Shown in pieces: positions 13,871 through 28,135 of a DNA stretch of 64,000 nucleotides. The notes below the pieces were generated by a model, which made no database searches, was not told the DNA's origin, and saw only the letters and a list, made by a program, of their open reading frames with translations. Numbering within the stretch: the stretch's first letter is position 1; every line of letters starts with the position of its first letter. This DNA comes from the human T2T-CHM13v2.0 reference genome, Homo sapiens. The position numbers and the translations under genes were made by a program. Location of the stretch: NCBI RefSeq assembly GCF_009914755.1, contig NC_060925.1. One strand, written 5' to 3'.

Positions 13871-14656
13871 GAGAAAGAACATTACATAAAAGTTGTATGC
13901 AACTGGAATCTGTAAATCAGAAACATCACAATCCAACATTGAGGCCATGTTTTACCTATACACTTTATGTGATCAATGTGATTCTTTGTCTTCTTTCAAG
14001 TAACAAGTAATTCCCAATCATCTTCATAATTTGAACCTTGTAATTTAAATGAATTGGGCTATTTTGGTGTTTAGGTGGGTTTTTAAACTTGAGTTTGACG
14101 TACAGTATGTGTGTGACCAAATCTTGTATGTCTGCTCTTATTACCCTGAGAACTTGGGGAAAAAAATCTGAAAGCCTTTCTAGTGATGAGTCAGAAGTGT
14201 TGTTTTGGAACAAAATGCAACACAATTTTTTTTTTTTTTGAAAAGTTAAAAAAATTCTGGCCTGGTTGATGTCAGAAGCTTAATACTGATAGTTAAGCAT
14301 TTTTACTTAAGAGAGAAAAAAGGTTGATAAATACATAAGCACATTTGGAGTAGAGATGGATGGGACAGGGCTATCTTTAGGCCTTTGCTGATGAAACTGG
14401 CCTTTGAAATGCTTAGAAAAAGCTCTTCTGCTGCCCAAAGAAGCAGGCCGTCCATGCTGCTGCCCACCCTGCTGGGCCATGTCACCCTTTTATCCTAGAA
14501 CCCTCTTCATAGTGCTTGAGATCTAGGTATGTGCATGGGAGGGATCGTGGTTGGGCAGCTGTGCCCTAAGGGCTACCTCTATAATGGGGACTGCCCTGCC
14601 ATGATGCCAGTTGGATTGCAAGACATGGGAGGCTGATTCTGCTCTAGCAGGATTTT

Positions 14657-14791
<135 letters not shown>

Positions 14792-15905
14792 TAATGGTGT
14801 TTTGGGGATAGGATTCATTCCAATAGCATTTTTATAGACAAAGTATGAAAATCAACATTTTAGTGGGATTCTAATATATACAACAGTTTCGTGTAGGTGA
14901 TTCTTTTTGCATTATTCACATCTTTTCATTGCCTGTGCATCATGAATGTATATAGTAGAGTTGCTTGTACTTGGGGAGAATCAATGGGTAATATTAAGAT
15001 GGGTAGAGAACATGAGGCTCATGTGAGAGCGTGTCCTGTGATGTCTTAGAACAGTATTAAGTGTCGTCTGCCTGTACTGTTTGGCAGTAGGGAAACAGTG
15101 GGGGATGAATATGGGACAAATTTTTCTGCCCCAAGGTGGCTTTGGAGACCACTGTTAAATTCATCATAGTCTCTCAAGTAAATGGGGTTTACACAGCACT
15201 ATCAAGTATTTCCTGAAGCTTCTTTCAGCATTTTCCAAGTTGAAGCAGCTTCAGTCTGTGGTAAGTTCCCAAACGAATCCCAGCAAACAGGCTTTTTCCA
15301 AAGGGATCAAATAGCACTTAATAAAAACATAACTGTGTCTATGTATGTAGCCACACATGCACAAAAAAGAATTCCATTGGTAAATGCTGTAGGTCATGTT
15401 GGAAAAGAAGCCCCTTTTTTTCATTTGTTAAAACTACCTCTTAAAATAGTCTTTGGCCATGTATTCCTTATAATTGGACTCTGCCCAGAGGTGAGGGTTT
15501 GAAGCAAATTTATGTGGCTGTTTTCTGTGGGTAGTAGGATGGAAAAATAGTAAAAATGAACTTCACATTTCTCTGGTTTTCTTGGAACTTAAAAATGGCT
15601 GATCTAGTCTCATATTTAAAATGTTCTCTTGAGCTAGAGTATAGGTTTGGGAAAGAATGGTAGGTAGGCAATATTTTGAAAGAGTTAGCATCAAAGCACG
15701 GGATTTGCAATTTACACTCCACACCTGTCTTGCCCTGAAAAAAGTCTTTGTTTCCACAAGACGACCTAAGTTCAGGCACTTATCACTTTTCAATTCGGTG
15801 GTTCCTGGGATCCACATTTTAAAATGCATGCCCGTGAGACATCACATTTCCCTATGGGAATAACAACTGTATTTGTAGAGTCCTTCCTGTGTATCCACCC
15901 CATGA

Positions 15906-16211
<306 letters not shown>

Positions 16212-17136
16212 TGAAGAAATGAATCCACAGAGATGGAGTCATTTGCCTCAGGTCACACAGGTAGTTATGAGACACCAGCATTTGAATTTAGGCAGTTAGA
16301 CTTCAAAGCTTGAATCATTAAACCACAATGATACCTTGCGTCTCAAAGTTAAAACATTGTGGTTTTTAAGGATTTCCCCATCAGGTCTGACCAAGGTTAT
16401 ATCATAAAGCAAAGACATGTTAATTCATCTACTTATTCAATGTGATAACTATAAATTAGTTGATGATTAGATAAAAATCTGTGATTCTCCTAAAATGGGA
16501 ATAAATGTATCAATCAGGTAGACTATGCAAAGTCCTCAATAGCTCATAAAGCAGGTAAGATGCAATTTTTCTATGACATAAATTTGACTAATCAATATGC
16601 AAAAAATCAAAAATGCAAAAAAACCCTACATATTTAAAATCTCTGGCTTAGACTTTGGAAAGTCTTTTGTGGTTTGGATGGCCCAGTTTTCTTAATAGGT
16701 CTTCCTAGAAATGTGTACTAATACTTTCTCTCACCTTCACTTCTGAAGGATGCTGTATGTGGGATGTGGTCCAGTTGGCATTTTTCCAGCTGTCTTCTGG
16801 CTTCCATTGTGTCTGTTGAAAAGTCAATCCAATATCTTATTGTTGTGTGACCCAGGGGTCTGGGTGGCTTTGGTTGAAGGCAGGAGAGTGGTTACTTGCT
16901 TCTGGGTGGAGCTGATGGGACTCTGGGGGTTAATGTGGAAAGTCCCTCTGAATCTTGTTTGTCTGTGTTGTACCAAAATTCCCAGGGCAGTGATAAGAGT
17001 TTCTTTATTGGGTAATTAAACGTGATCCTCTTACATGTAGAACCTTCAATATCACTTCCATGAGCTCACTTCTGTTTATTTTCCTCCCTCCCCTCTTCCT
17101 CCCTGTCTCTCTCTGGATGGGCCCCACCATTTGCAG

Positions 17137-17331
17137 CACAGACCCTGGATTCTCATGCTCTATGGGATGTGGGCCTGCTGGTGTGTGCTGGGGACCCCTG
17201 GTGTGGCTATGGTTTTGCTCCATACCACCATCTCTTTCTGCGTGGCCCAGTTCCGGTCTCAGCTCCTGACGTGGCTCTGTTCTCTCCTCCTCCTCTCCAC
17301 ACTGAGGCTGCAGGGTGTGGAAGAAGTTAAG
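17137..17331 (+). CDS. HHAT: HHAT internal coding exon (probable exon 5, ~H92-K156), 195 bp, phase 0-0
   Basis: atttgcag|CACAGA ... GTTAAG|gtaagt. Translates HRPWILMLYGMWACWCVLGTPGVAMVLLHTTISFCVAQFRSQLLTWLCSLLLLSTLRLQGVEEVK (transmembrane helices), in frame with the previous exon. Confidence 0.97.
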
Positions 17332-17781
17332 GTAAGTGTTTTCCTGTTACCATTGGGAATCCAGAGAAGGCCCCTTTGGCTTTGCCTTGATCCCAGTAGA
17401 CACCTTGGTTTTCAGACAAGAGATGATTGTAGAACTGTGATGGGGCTCCCCATAGTGGCCGTACAGGGTTGCTACAAGTGAACCCTAGTGGTGCATTCTG
17501 CAATCCTATCATTCCTGGCTGTGTTTTAGCCCTGTGAGATTGCCCAGGGCTGGCCCTGTACCATCTCTCCCAGTTTAGGTGGGCATGTGGGGTGCCAGAT
17601 GTCACAGGGCCAGAGGGTCAGGAACAAAGAGAGAAGAAACAAACAGATGATTTACTAAAAAACATCTGGAGAGTGCCCTACAATTTATAGGGAACGCACA
17701 CATCACTCAACTCATCTGATGGCCACAATGGCCCTGTGGTGGTAAGTCAGGTCTTTTTCTTCTTCCTAGTTGATGGAACAG

Positions 17782-18083
17782 ATTTATTTATTCATTTGTA
17801 GAGACGGAGTCTTGCTCTGTCACCCAGGGCTGAAGTGCAGTGGTGCGATCTTGGTTCACTGCAACCTCCGCCTCCTGGGTTCAAGCGATTCTCGTGCCTC
17901 AGTCAACCGAGTGGGTGGGATATAGGTACCTGCCACCATACCCAGTTAATTTTTGTATTTTTAGTAGAGATGGGGTTTCACCATGTTGGCCGGGCTGGCC
18001 TCAAACTCCTGGCTTCATGTGATCTGCCCACCTTGGCCTCCCCAAAGTGCTGGGATTACAGGTATAAGCCATTGTGCCCGGCC
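17782..18083 (-). mobile_element. AluS
   Basis: TSD ggaacagatttatt / ggaacatatttatt. Confidence 0.9.
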
Positions 18084-19559
18084 AGGAACATATTTATTAT
18101 CTACTCATGTGACCCAGTGGAAGCTCTTTCAATTTAGGTAGTGAAAACAAAGTGTTTAGCCCCGAAGGGCACAGACCAAGCTTTCATTTCTGTAAACCCA
18201 GAGGCATTTTGACAGACTCAACCACCTATCCATTGTTGGTGCTAATAGAGGAGGACACTGGGCTCAAACCACACTTCTTTAGGGCTTTTGTTTGCATTAG
18301 TAAAATCTTATTTTATAGGCACTTACCTTTTAGCTTTATTTTTTTTCTCAGTCACAATAACAGTGCATTTTTACTTTATGAGTGCACATCAGACTTGACC
18401 CAGAGAATTGGTGGATGACAGACAGACTGCCTTCTGAGTTGAGTTTCCTGTGCCTTGCTGAGGCGATTGCACCTATCAGCAAATTCTTCTTGTACTACAT
18501 TTTCTGATTTCTGTTGTGTGTTCTCTGATCATCTCCTGGGCAGTGGCTAGCATCCCCTGGACGGCTCTGGACTATCTGTTTCTGTCTTTGGTAACTGGAG
18601 TGACCTAGCCCTGCTTATGCAATTGAAGCTTAGGCCCCTCAGCCTATCTCAGGCCCACTCAGGCTGTGTGAGGTTCCTTCTCTCACTTGTCTGTTGAATA
18701 CACCCTTTACATGTTCAAGTTGGAGCTGCCAAGGTCTGTGGCTGCAGGGGAGTAAAGGCAGAGTCTGTGTGGAACTCTCAACCATCCAGAAGTGGGAGCT
18801 TTCTTTTAAGGAGAAATGCATGGCAAGAACACAAGTCCAAGGCCCCAGCTCCAGGGTCTGGTTCTGGGCACTCAGCTTCAGAGCCCTTCACTTTTGGGGC
18901 CAGTTGACTCTGAGAACAGCCAGCCTGAGAGTTGCGCAGCTTGGAAAACATCAGGGGTCATATGCCCAGGGCAGGACCATTGATGTTTCCCACCTTCATC
19001 GACCTTCTCCTTCCTAGCCCGGTTCCCAAACACTGCCCAACTGGCAGGAGCTGTTTTTTTGAGTCAGGCCAATCTGCTTACCTTTCCCTTTACACATTTA
19101 CATATGTTTATGCTGTCTCTTGGAACCAACCTTCTCATCATCCCTGTCCACCGGATTCTCTTTCAAAGTACAGCTTAGACCTCAGTCTCTAAAGGTAAGA
19201 AATAAAAGAGGGCCACAGAAAAACAGATCAGTTAGTGTCCGATACTGCTCTGAGAGCTGCTGGCTCTTACAAACTGGTAAACAATAAAACAGTAGCATGT
19301 AAGTGACCAGGTGTCACCTAGAGCTTTGGGGACACTGCACACACCTATCCCTTCCTCTAACCCCCTAGGATCTCCATAGGCACATTCAAAATCTTGGGCA
19401 GTGTTGGGTATTCTTTCTTCAATCACTGTGGGACTGGAACTCCTGTGGTATCTTTTTATTCATTCATTCAGTCACTCATTCATTGATCCAGGTGACAACA
19501 CTTAGCATTCATGTGCCCTGCATCAACACAGTGATGGGAAGGAACATGATGGGAAATGT

Positions 19560-19760
19560 GAGATGGATGACCTGGTTCCTAGTCTATTCTATTCCCCATC
19601 TCTTCCTACTCTGAAGCTGGAGCAGTCATTTAACCTCTGAGCCTCAATCTCATCATTTGGAAAACAGAAGTAATAAATCCTCTTCCTTCCTCATGGGATT
19701 GTTCTGAGAGTCAAACGGGATAATCTATGTTAAGTGATTTTGTGAAAATTGTAGCATTTT
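19560..19760 (+). mobile_element. MIR (preceded by an L2 (TCAT)n tail at ~19455-19540)
   Basis: agtcatttaacctctgagcctcaatctcatcatttggaaaac...gggattgttctgagagtcaaac. Confidence 0.7.
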
Positions 19761-21131
19761 GAAAGTTCAAGTATTTTTTGCTGTTTTTAGTCTACCTTCA
19801 TTTTTCTCACTCTCATTAATGATGTGGGGCTAGGATTTTAAGCACGTATGTCAAAATCTGGACTTATGAGAGTATATCAGATAATCACTCCGTTTTAATG
19901 AAGATACTTCCCAGAATGATTAGGCAACCATTTAGGCAAGTGTGCTTAAAAACAGATTTACAGTAAAAATAAAAACAAGCTCATACCTAACCTTTTGGGG
20001 ACCTGGCAAGTGTACAAACAGAATCTAATTCCATTTATCATTTATTTGGGGACAATTAGCATCAGTTATAGATGTTGGAGGTGAATAAATGTTCATTTGT
20101 TCTGCAAATTTTACAGTGATTTGAAAAACACTGAGGAAGGAGATCATGTGATTAGAAACTAGCTGGGTTTCCATGCTTTTGCACATGTGGTTCTCCTGAT
20201 ATGATTATCCTCTTTTCCCTTGGTGGCTGCTAAAGTCTTGTACAAGAAGTAGAAACTCTGTTCAGTGGTTGGTTTTTCTGTGTACAGCTTTAAGAGACCC
20301 TGATGGATCAAGTTAATTACTTTCTCCTTTGACCCAAGTTCTATTTCTCGTATGTATTTCCATAAATAGTTTTTCTCACTAAATGTATTTTTGGAAAACA
20401 TGGAAAATGTAGAAAAATATAGAAATTAGAAAATACTTCATAATTTTACTCCCCGATATTAACATTTTATTGTATTTCCTTCTCATTTTTTGTTCCATGC
20501 ATATTTTTGCACAGGTTATTTCTTGTTTCATGCTCTATTGTAATTGCATTTTTACACATCTACGTCCTGTATGAGAATTTAACATATTGAGGGCAGGGAC
20601 TTTTTTTTTTTTTTTTAAATATTTGTCTGTAAAGCTTATTAGACAAATGCTACTCAACTAAATGTAGAGCCAAACTGATAACAAAAGAGGAAAACGAAAA
20701 ATACATTGAAGACAGAAATCCCATGGGACATTTTAAGCCCCTCTTTGTTATCTGAATTGTTGAAGAAGCTGTCAAAGTATCCACTGGATGTAGCTAATCT
20801 GCACCTTATGCCCTGGATGTATCTGATACATGCCTAACTGGGAAAACCTTCGTTATGTTGTGTCAGACCTAATGCTAGGTTAACATTAGAGATGTCCTTT
20901 TTCCTACTGCTCATTAACTGCTTGCTTTGATTACCAATGAGATTTACCTGGTGTTCATTGGTTCTCGACTGCCTTTTATGGCACAGCTGCTCTGCCTGAA
21001 GAAGAAATTGCCTTCCCAGAGCCCCCTGGGATTCTCAGATGACGGTGGCCCTGCTGGCCAGCACCTGCAGTGGGACTGGACGATGTCCCTGCTGGCCACT
21101 CAAAGGTTGTTCTCTCCTTTTGATTTTGTAG

Positions 21132-21347
21132 AGAAGGTGGTACAAGACAGAAAACGAGTACTACCTGCTGCAGTTCACGCTGACCGTTCGCTGCCTCTAC
21201 TACACCAGCTTCAGCCTGGAGCTCTGCTGGCAGCAGCTGCCTGCTGCATCGACCTCCTACTCCTTTCCCTGGATGCTGGCCTATGTCTTTTATTATCCAG
21301 TCTTACACAATGGGCCCATCCTCAGCTTCTCGGAGTTCATCAAACAG
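21132..21347 (+). CDS. HHAT: HHAT internal coding exon (probable exon 6, ~R157-Q228), 216 bp, phase 0-0
   Basis: gattttgtag|AGAAGG ... AAACAG|gtagag. Translates RRWYKTENEYYLLQFTLTVRCLYYTSFSLELCWQQLPAASTSYSFPWMLAYVFYYPVLHNGPILSFSEFIKQ, including the MBOAT 'SF' and 'Y..Y.P....GP' motifs. Confidence 0.97.
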
Positions 21348-22604
21348 GTAGAGCCCGCTGGGGATGGGATTGGGATTCTATAGCTTAAGCCTTTGTCGCT
21401 GTTGCTCTGGTCTTCTCTGACTCTTGAGTCGTTTTGTTCAGAGGTGCCCACAGATTTACAACACGTACTATTAGTTCTCATGAGGTTTTTTGTAATAGAT
21501 GAAATACATATGAGAAATGAGCCTTTAAAATAAAGTTTGACCCATCAGATATGTCAGCTCTAGGGGGTCCCACCTTGATTTTCAGTGAACTCTGGCAACC
21601 AGGATTAATGAGTAGGGCACAACAAGGAGTTTGGGAGTTGGTATCCACTGTGGCAAAGTCCCAAGGAAAGAAAAAAATTTGATTATGATGCTATTACTTG
21701 AAGGAATAGAAAAGGAAACTGTCTAAGCTGTTGCTTGGCAAATAGTATGTTTCCTTTTATATTCACAAGCTGCTTAAGAAATAGTCCTGCCATAGCCTGG
21801 GAGCTGTTCAGGGTGACCTAGGTGTGAAAACAGAGTGGAGTTGAAGTAAGTTCGAAGGCAGTGGTGTGTGTTCATGTCTGGATCCCCCTTTGTGCCCAGG
21901 CCCCCGCCTGCCTTCCTCGGACGGCATCCTTGTCTGAAATGCCATGTTAAGCTACCTCTGTTGTTCCCCCCTACTTCACTTTTCCCCCTTGTTTAGAACT
22001 TTCTTTTTTTTCTGCCTCCTCAACCTACCTCTAGTTTCATGGAACATAATTGCTAAGTTAATTCACCTAAGGAATTAGTAATTGAAAATGCCTAAAACAG
22101 TGTTCTCAAGGGATATTCTATCCCTCACCAACAAAACAATCCTCATAGAGGAGAGAATAACATGTACGTGCATACACAGACATGCATGCACACGCAGAAC
22201 ACATACCCACGCATACGCACACACCTGGAAGGGCAGGGCAAGCAGCAGTGTTGCACATTTCTGGGCAGCAACATGAAAGTTGCTCCCTGAAAAAGGAGGG
22301 TTCTTAGAAATCTTATTTTGTCCTCAAAGTTCCACTGAATTATGCATTGTATTCAAGAATATATTTTTGCATTATAACAATAACATAATGTTCTAAAATT
22401 TCCAGTGAAAGTATGTAACTTTTTATATCTCTAGAAATCTGTAAGTGAAATTGATATTCTAGACAGATATGTTTAGTCTATGGTTTCTCATACCTCGGTT
22501 TGGGATCGTTCTTTTGTCATGAAGGAATTTAAAATCTGCATTTGAAATTGTGTTTAAAATTATTGTGTAAAAGAGATGGTTTAATGATGGCAGCTGATCT
22601 TCTA

Positions 22605-22760
22605 ACTCAATGATTTGCAAAGTGTGGTTCCTGGACCAGCAGCATCAGTATCGCCAGAGAGCTTGTTAGAAATACAAATTCTCAGGTCCTCTCCAACCTC
22701 CTGAATCACAGCCTCTAGGGATAAAGCCCAGGAAGGTGGTTTAACAGGCCCTCCAGGAGG
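22605..22760. mobile_element. MER5A
   Basis: caaagtgtggttcctggaccagcagcatcagtatcgccagagagcttgttagaaatacaaattctcagg. Confidence 0.8.
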
Positions 22761-23059
22761 AGGGTGGGAGTAAAGGTAAGGTGGGCACAGCATAGGGTGG
22801 GTTCCTCTCTTTTACAATCTCCTTACCTTTGTGAACTTTTGAATTATTCTCAGTTTGCCAGCCAATAACTTTTGGACCAAACATCCACACACAGACACCC
22901 CTCTCCTGAGGATGGCTGGTAATTTTCAGAGAAACATAAACTAAATCCATTAGAAGGAAACAGATTATTTTCCTAACTTCCTCCTGTATATAAGCTTTGC
23001 CTGTATGCTCTGTACTTTGTTATTATGCAAAATAATTGTTTCTGTTATTTCTCATCTCC

Positions 23060-23350
23060 TTTTTCTTCTTTTTTTTTTTGAGACAGAGTCTTACTCTGTC
23101 ACCCAGGCTGGAGTGCAGTGGTGTAATCTCAGCTTACTGCAACCTCCACCTCCTGGGTTCAAGTGATTCCCGTGTCTGAGCCTCCTGAGTAGCTGGATTA
23201 CAGGCATGCACCAGCAAGTCCAGCTAATTTTTTGTATTTTTAGTAGAGACCGGGTTTTGCTATGTTTCCCAGGCTTGTCTCTAACTCCTGAGGTCAGGCA
23301 ATCTGCCCTCAGCCTCCCAAAGTGCTAGGATTACAGGCTTGAGCCTGGCC
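23060..23350 (-). mobile_element. AluS
   Basis: Full dimer with T tract. Confidence 0.9.
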
Positions 23351-24061
23351 TCCCTTTTCAAATTGTGCCTTTTAGGGTCTAGTAAGAATATTAGAGGCCT
23401 CTAGCAGGGTCCTGTGTCACACAGAGGCACGCTTTAAGATTATCTTCCACCTAAATCCTTAGCCAAGGGTTCTCATTCTCTTGAGTCTCATTCTGGGGAA
23501 GTGAAGGGGCAGGTTGCTTCCTGTAGGGGCCAGGTATAGACACTCTGGGTTTTATCCATGTCTTTTCCTTCCCTCTCTCTCTCTTCTTTTTTAACCCCTT
23601 CTAAAACAATAGCAATTGCTGACAGCAGGGAACTTGAAAGGGCAAATTAAAACCTCTATGTTTGGGGGAGTATTCATAGAATAGTCATTCTAGAAAAGGA
23701 TAAATGTTCAGTAAGATATAGGGCAAATTTAAAAAGCCAGGAGGTTTCTGCACTTGCTGAAGGTGGCTGTGGGGAACTTCCCTTCTGTGGGGAAGGGGGC
23801 TTTAAAGGGGCAGGGGGTTAAACCAAAAAGCTTATCTTGCAGTGAAAGGGTTCTTTCAGAGAAGCCAAAAAGGAAAAGGCTGGGAGGTGGAGAAAGAAAG
23901 CTAGTTGGAAGAACTAGTAAGTAAGATTTGCTCTGAATGAATGCTTGAATGAATGCATGCATGAAATGCCTTCAGCTATAAGGATTGGAAATATTGAAAT
24001 GCATGGTTCTTAGACTGGCAGGTCAATGCATAAAAATAACGTAGAGCAGGAGAATGACGCT

Positions 24062-24080
24062 GCACCACCAGGGGGCAGCA
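24062..24080 (+). promoter_or_regulatory. Strong CTCF core motif
   Basis: GCACCACCAGGGGGCAGCA matches the CCASYAGRKGGCRS consensus exactly, in non-repetitive intron DNA. Confidence 0.7.
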
Positions 24081-24619
24081 GTGCCCCATTGTGGAAACCA
24101 ACCCCAGCGGGAAATCTTCACCCAGTATCTGCAAACTCCAAAAGATCAAATGACAATGTTAGTTTTAGGCATACACCTGGAGAATGTGTCTTCCACCCAA
24201 TTTACATACACAAAATGAGGGAGGTATAGAAGCGTTGTCTTCTGCAATGTAAAGCATGTGAAATTTGCATAATTAGTCACGAACAGGTAAAAATTTGCCT
24301 CTGTGCCTTAACTTGAAGGCTATTTCTGGTGGCATTTAGAGTTTTAGGAACATGGGCCTGATTTGTTTTTCTCTCACGTTTCTGTGGAACTCGGATACCA
24401 AGTCAGCGGTGAGACAGGGATCCTGGGGGACTTAGGGAAGGGAAGGACATGGTGTTTACTTGCTTAGCCTGAAGCCTGGGGCCACTACGTCTTGAAGAGG
24501 TTGACTGGTGTGTTGTGGGCACTGGGGAGAAGAGCAGCCTTAGGGTAGTGGGCCAGGGACTCTTCCTTGCTGGGCACTGTGCTCTCCCACCTTAGAGAAG
24601 CCAGTGGTCAAATAGGGAA

Positions 24620-24850
24620 TTTGGCATGGAGGTTGAGAGCAAAGGTCCTGGAGCCCACCCTCCAGGGTTTGAATCCCTGCTGTGCTTCGGCTTGAGAGTG
24701 CTTGCTGAGTTACTTACCTTACTTATGCCTCAGTCTTCTTATCAGTGAAATGGGAAGAATAATAGTGCCTCCCTCAGGATTGCTGTGAGGATTAAATGAT
24801 TGTGTATAGGTAATGTGGTTTGACAGGTTAATACTATAAAGTGTTAATTC
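24620..24850 (+). mobile_element. MIR
   Basis: gggtttgaatccctgctgtgc...tgcctcagtcttcttatcagtgaaatgggaagaataatagtgcctccctcaggattgctgtgaggattaaatga. Confidence 0.8.
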
Positions 24851-24856
24851 TTACTC

Positions 24857-25150
24857 TTATTATTATTTGAGACAGAGTCTGGCTCAGTTGCCCAGGCTGG
24901 AGTGCAGTGGCACAACTTTAGCTCATCGCAACCTCCACCTCCTGGTATCAAGTGATTCTTGTGCCTCAGCCTCCCAAGTAGCTGGAATTATAGGCGTGCA
25001 CCAACGCACCCAGCTGATTTTTGTATTTTTAGTAGAGATGGGGTTTCACCATGTTGGCCAGGCTGGTCTTGAACTCCCGACCTCAGGTGATCCGCCCGCC
25101 TCGGCCTCCTAAAGTGCTGGGGTTACAGGTGTGAGCCACCATGCTCGGCC
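24857..25150 (-). mobile_element. AluSx-like
   Basis: TSD tcttactctta / tcttactttta. Confidence 0.9.
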
Positions 25151-25545
25151 TCTTACTTTTATTATTGTGATGATTGGCCAGAAAGCAAGTGTAATTCTAG
25201 GGTAGTTTAGGTCAGAAGTGAGACCCTGGGTATCCAGTCTGGTAGGCAGGCACAGCAGCAGGGGACTCTGGGCCATGGCCATGCTTGGGCTCAGAAGAGG
25301 CCAGTGTGCTGGTTCCATCTATTTGAAGAGAGACCCAGGCAGCTGCTGCAGGAAAGGGATGGGGGCAGTCCAAGAGTTGCTGGGACTGGCAAGAGCTGTG
25401 CAAGGCAGTCAATGTCCCAGAAGCTTTGTTTAGTACTTGGCATGGGCTCTGGTTCTAGAGAGCACCTGGAATCATGCTAATTGTAATAAAATATACTAGG
25501 TGATCATTTAGTCTGAGCCAGGCTTTATACGTTCTAACTTAAAAT

Positions 25546-25833
25546 GTTTGAGATGGTCTCACTCTGACACCCAGGTTGGAGTGCAATGGTGCAATCATAG
25601 CTCACTGTAGCTTTGGCCTCCCGAGCTCAAGTGATCCTCCCACCTCAGCCTCCTGAGTAGCTAGGACTATAGGTATGCATCACCACACCTGGCTAATTTT
25701 TTAAAAATACTTTTCTAGAGATGAGGTCTTGCTATGTTGCCCAGGCTGGTCTCAAACTCCTGGCCTCAAGTGATTCTCTTGCTTCGGCCTCCCAAAGTGC
25801 TGGGATTACAGGCACACACCATTGTGCCTGGCC
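25546..25833 (-). mobile_element. AluJ nested in MIR
   Basis: atcatagctcactgtagc; TSD-like ttctaactt / ttctagctt; MIR resumes tttaatcctcacaacc. Confidence 0.88.
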
Positions 25834-26666
25834 ATTCTAGCTTGTTTAATCCTCACAACCTATGAGAGAGATACTGTCATGACCACTTTACAGACAGGGA
25901 AACAGAGGCAAAGAGAGGCTATTACAATGCAGATAGAGTGAAGGGAATCAAGACATGAGCCTTGTTGCGCTGACTTGGTGTGTGAGAGGAGTTAGAGGGG
26001 GATGGAGTGTGGCCTAGTGGACATGAAGGTCTGGAGGCTCAAGCAGGCTGAACCAAGTACCAGCCTTGGTGGCAGCAACACCTGCAGGCCCCACTTGCTG
26101 TTCTGGGAGAGCTCACTGGATGTTGCTGGCCTTGGTCTGGATGGCTAGCGGGTGGGAGTAATGTGGGTCTGATTAGGGAATGATTTGTTAGGAGTAGGGG
26201 TATGGTCTGTGACCAGTATAAAGGAATACAACAACTGCCACAAGGCCTCCTAGACCCAAGCAGAGAGAAGCTAATAAGTTAGTGGCCCAGGTGGCCCAGT
26301 TGAATATCTGCCTCTGGGGAGGGCTTTTGTTTGGTGCTCACAAACATATGTATTATTCGTGTATGAAGAAAAAGAACCTTTCATCTTTGAGAACTGTCAT
26401 CTTTAATCATCAGAATATATTTGGGAGAAAGAGAAAGGCATAGCTATTCCTTTTTATGCAATTTGCATGAAATTAGGTTTTAAAGTATAATGCATTTTGA
26501 AATGCACTTTGCAGATGAGTTAATGTGTATTTTTTAGTGATGCCTGAACTTCACAATTTCCATGGTGGCAGTTTCCAGTGGTCTAAAGGTTTGGCAGTCC
26601 CCTAGGTTTGAAATGTCTTAAATGAAATACTTTGCATGCAGGCAAGAGAGCCGCCCTGCACATTAG

Positions 26667-27022
<356 letters not shown>

Positions 27023-27149
27023 GGATTTTTTAAACAAAAGACAGTCAACTAGATTGCAGATGTAAATGGACTGTAATAATGATATGACCCTAAAGAAAGA
27101 TGAAAAACCTTTTTTTTTTTTTTTTTTTAAGTAAAAGCAAATAGAATGA

Positions 27150-27589
<440 letters not shown>

Positions 27590-28135
27590 TAGTGACATGT
27601 AATTATGCCTTATTATACCTGGTAGGGAAGTTTTAGCTTGTGAAAAGTAGGTAAGTCATTATTAAGAAGCCAATGCATGACAAAATGTACCTCATGATTT
27701 TTCTTAATTACAGATATTTGTGTCATTTTAGAATGCACATGTTTGAGGAGGGAAAGGAGGCCTTTGAATTCACCTTGAAACGTGATTGCCTGGAGCTGAG
27801 AGGTGATTGGGTGTCAGCGATATTTTCTTGATTATCTTGGGGGCTGTTGGTTCTGGCCTCCTCCTGGCTCCCTTCCAGTCCAGCTGCTATCTCTCCACTC
27901 CCTGGGATGGGGCTCCATACCAAATGCTGCTTGGAGGCCCGAGGTACAGTCCTGGCCTTCAGGGAACCTGAGCTTTGGGTAGGTTATGCTGAAGAGCCTG
28001 TAGGCCATATGCACAGTTGGCTTATTTAGAAACTGTAGACATTTGTCTGTGTGAAGATTATCTGCTGTCAACACTGCTTTTGAGGCCATTATCACGTTCA
28101 GCTAGAAGACTTGCTTCTCTCCAAGAGTTTGAGCA

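Noticed and set aside
20927-21388. 153-aa + strand ORF overlapping the third exon in another frame; possible upstream acceptor at 20986
   Set aside because: Non-ATG start and no recognisable homology. The extension would be 145 nt (frameshifting), and a separate exon would leave an intron of under 30 nt.
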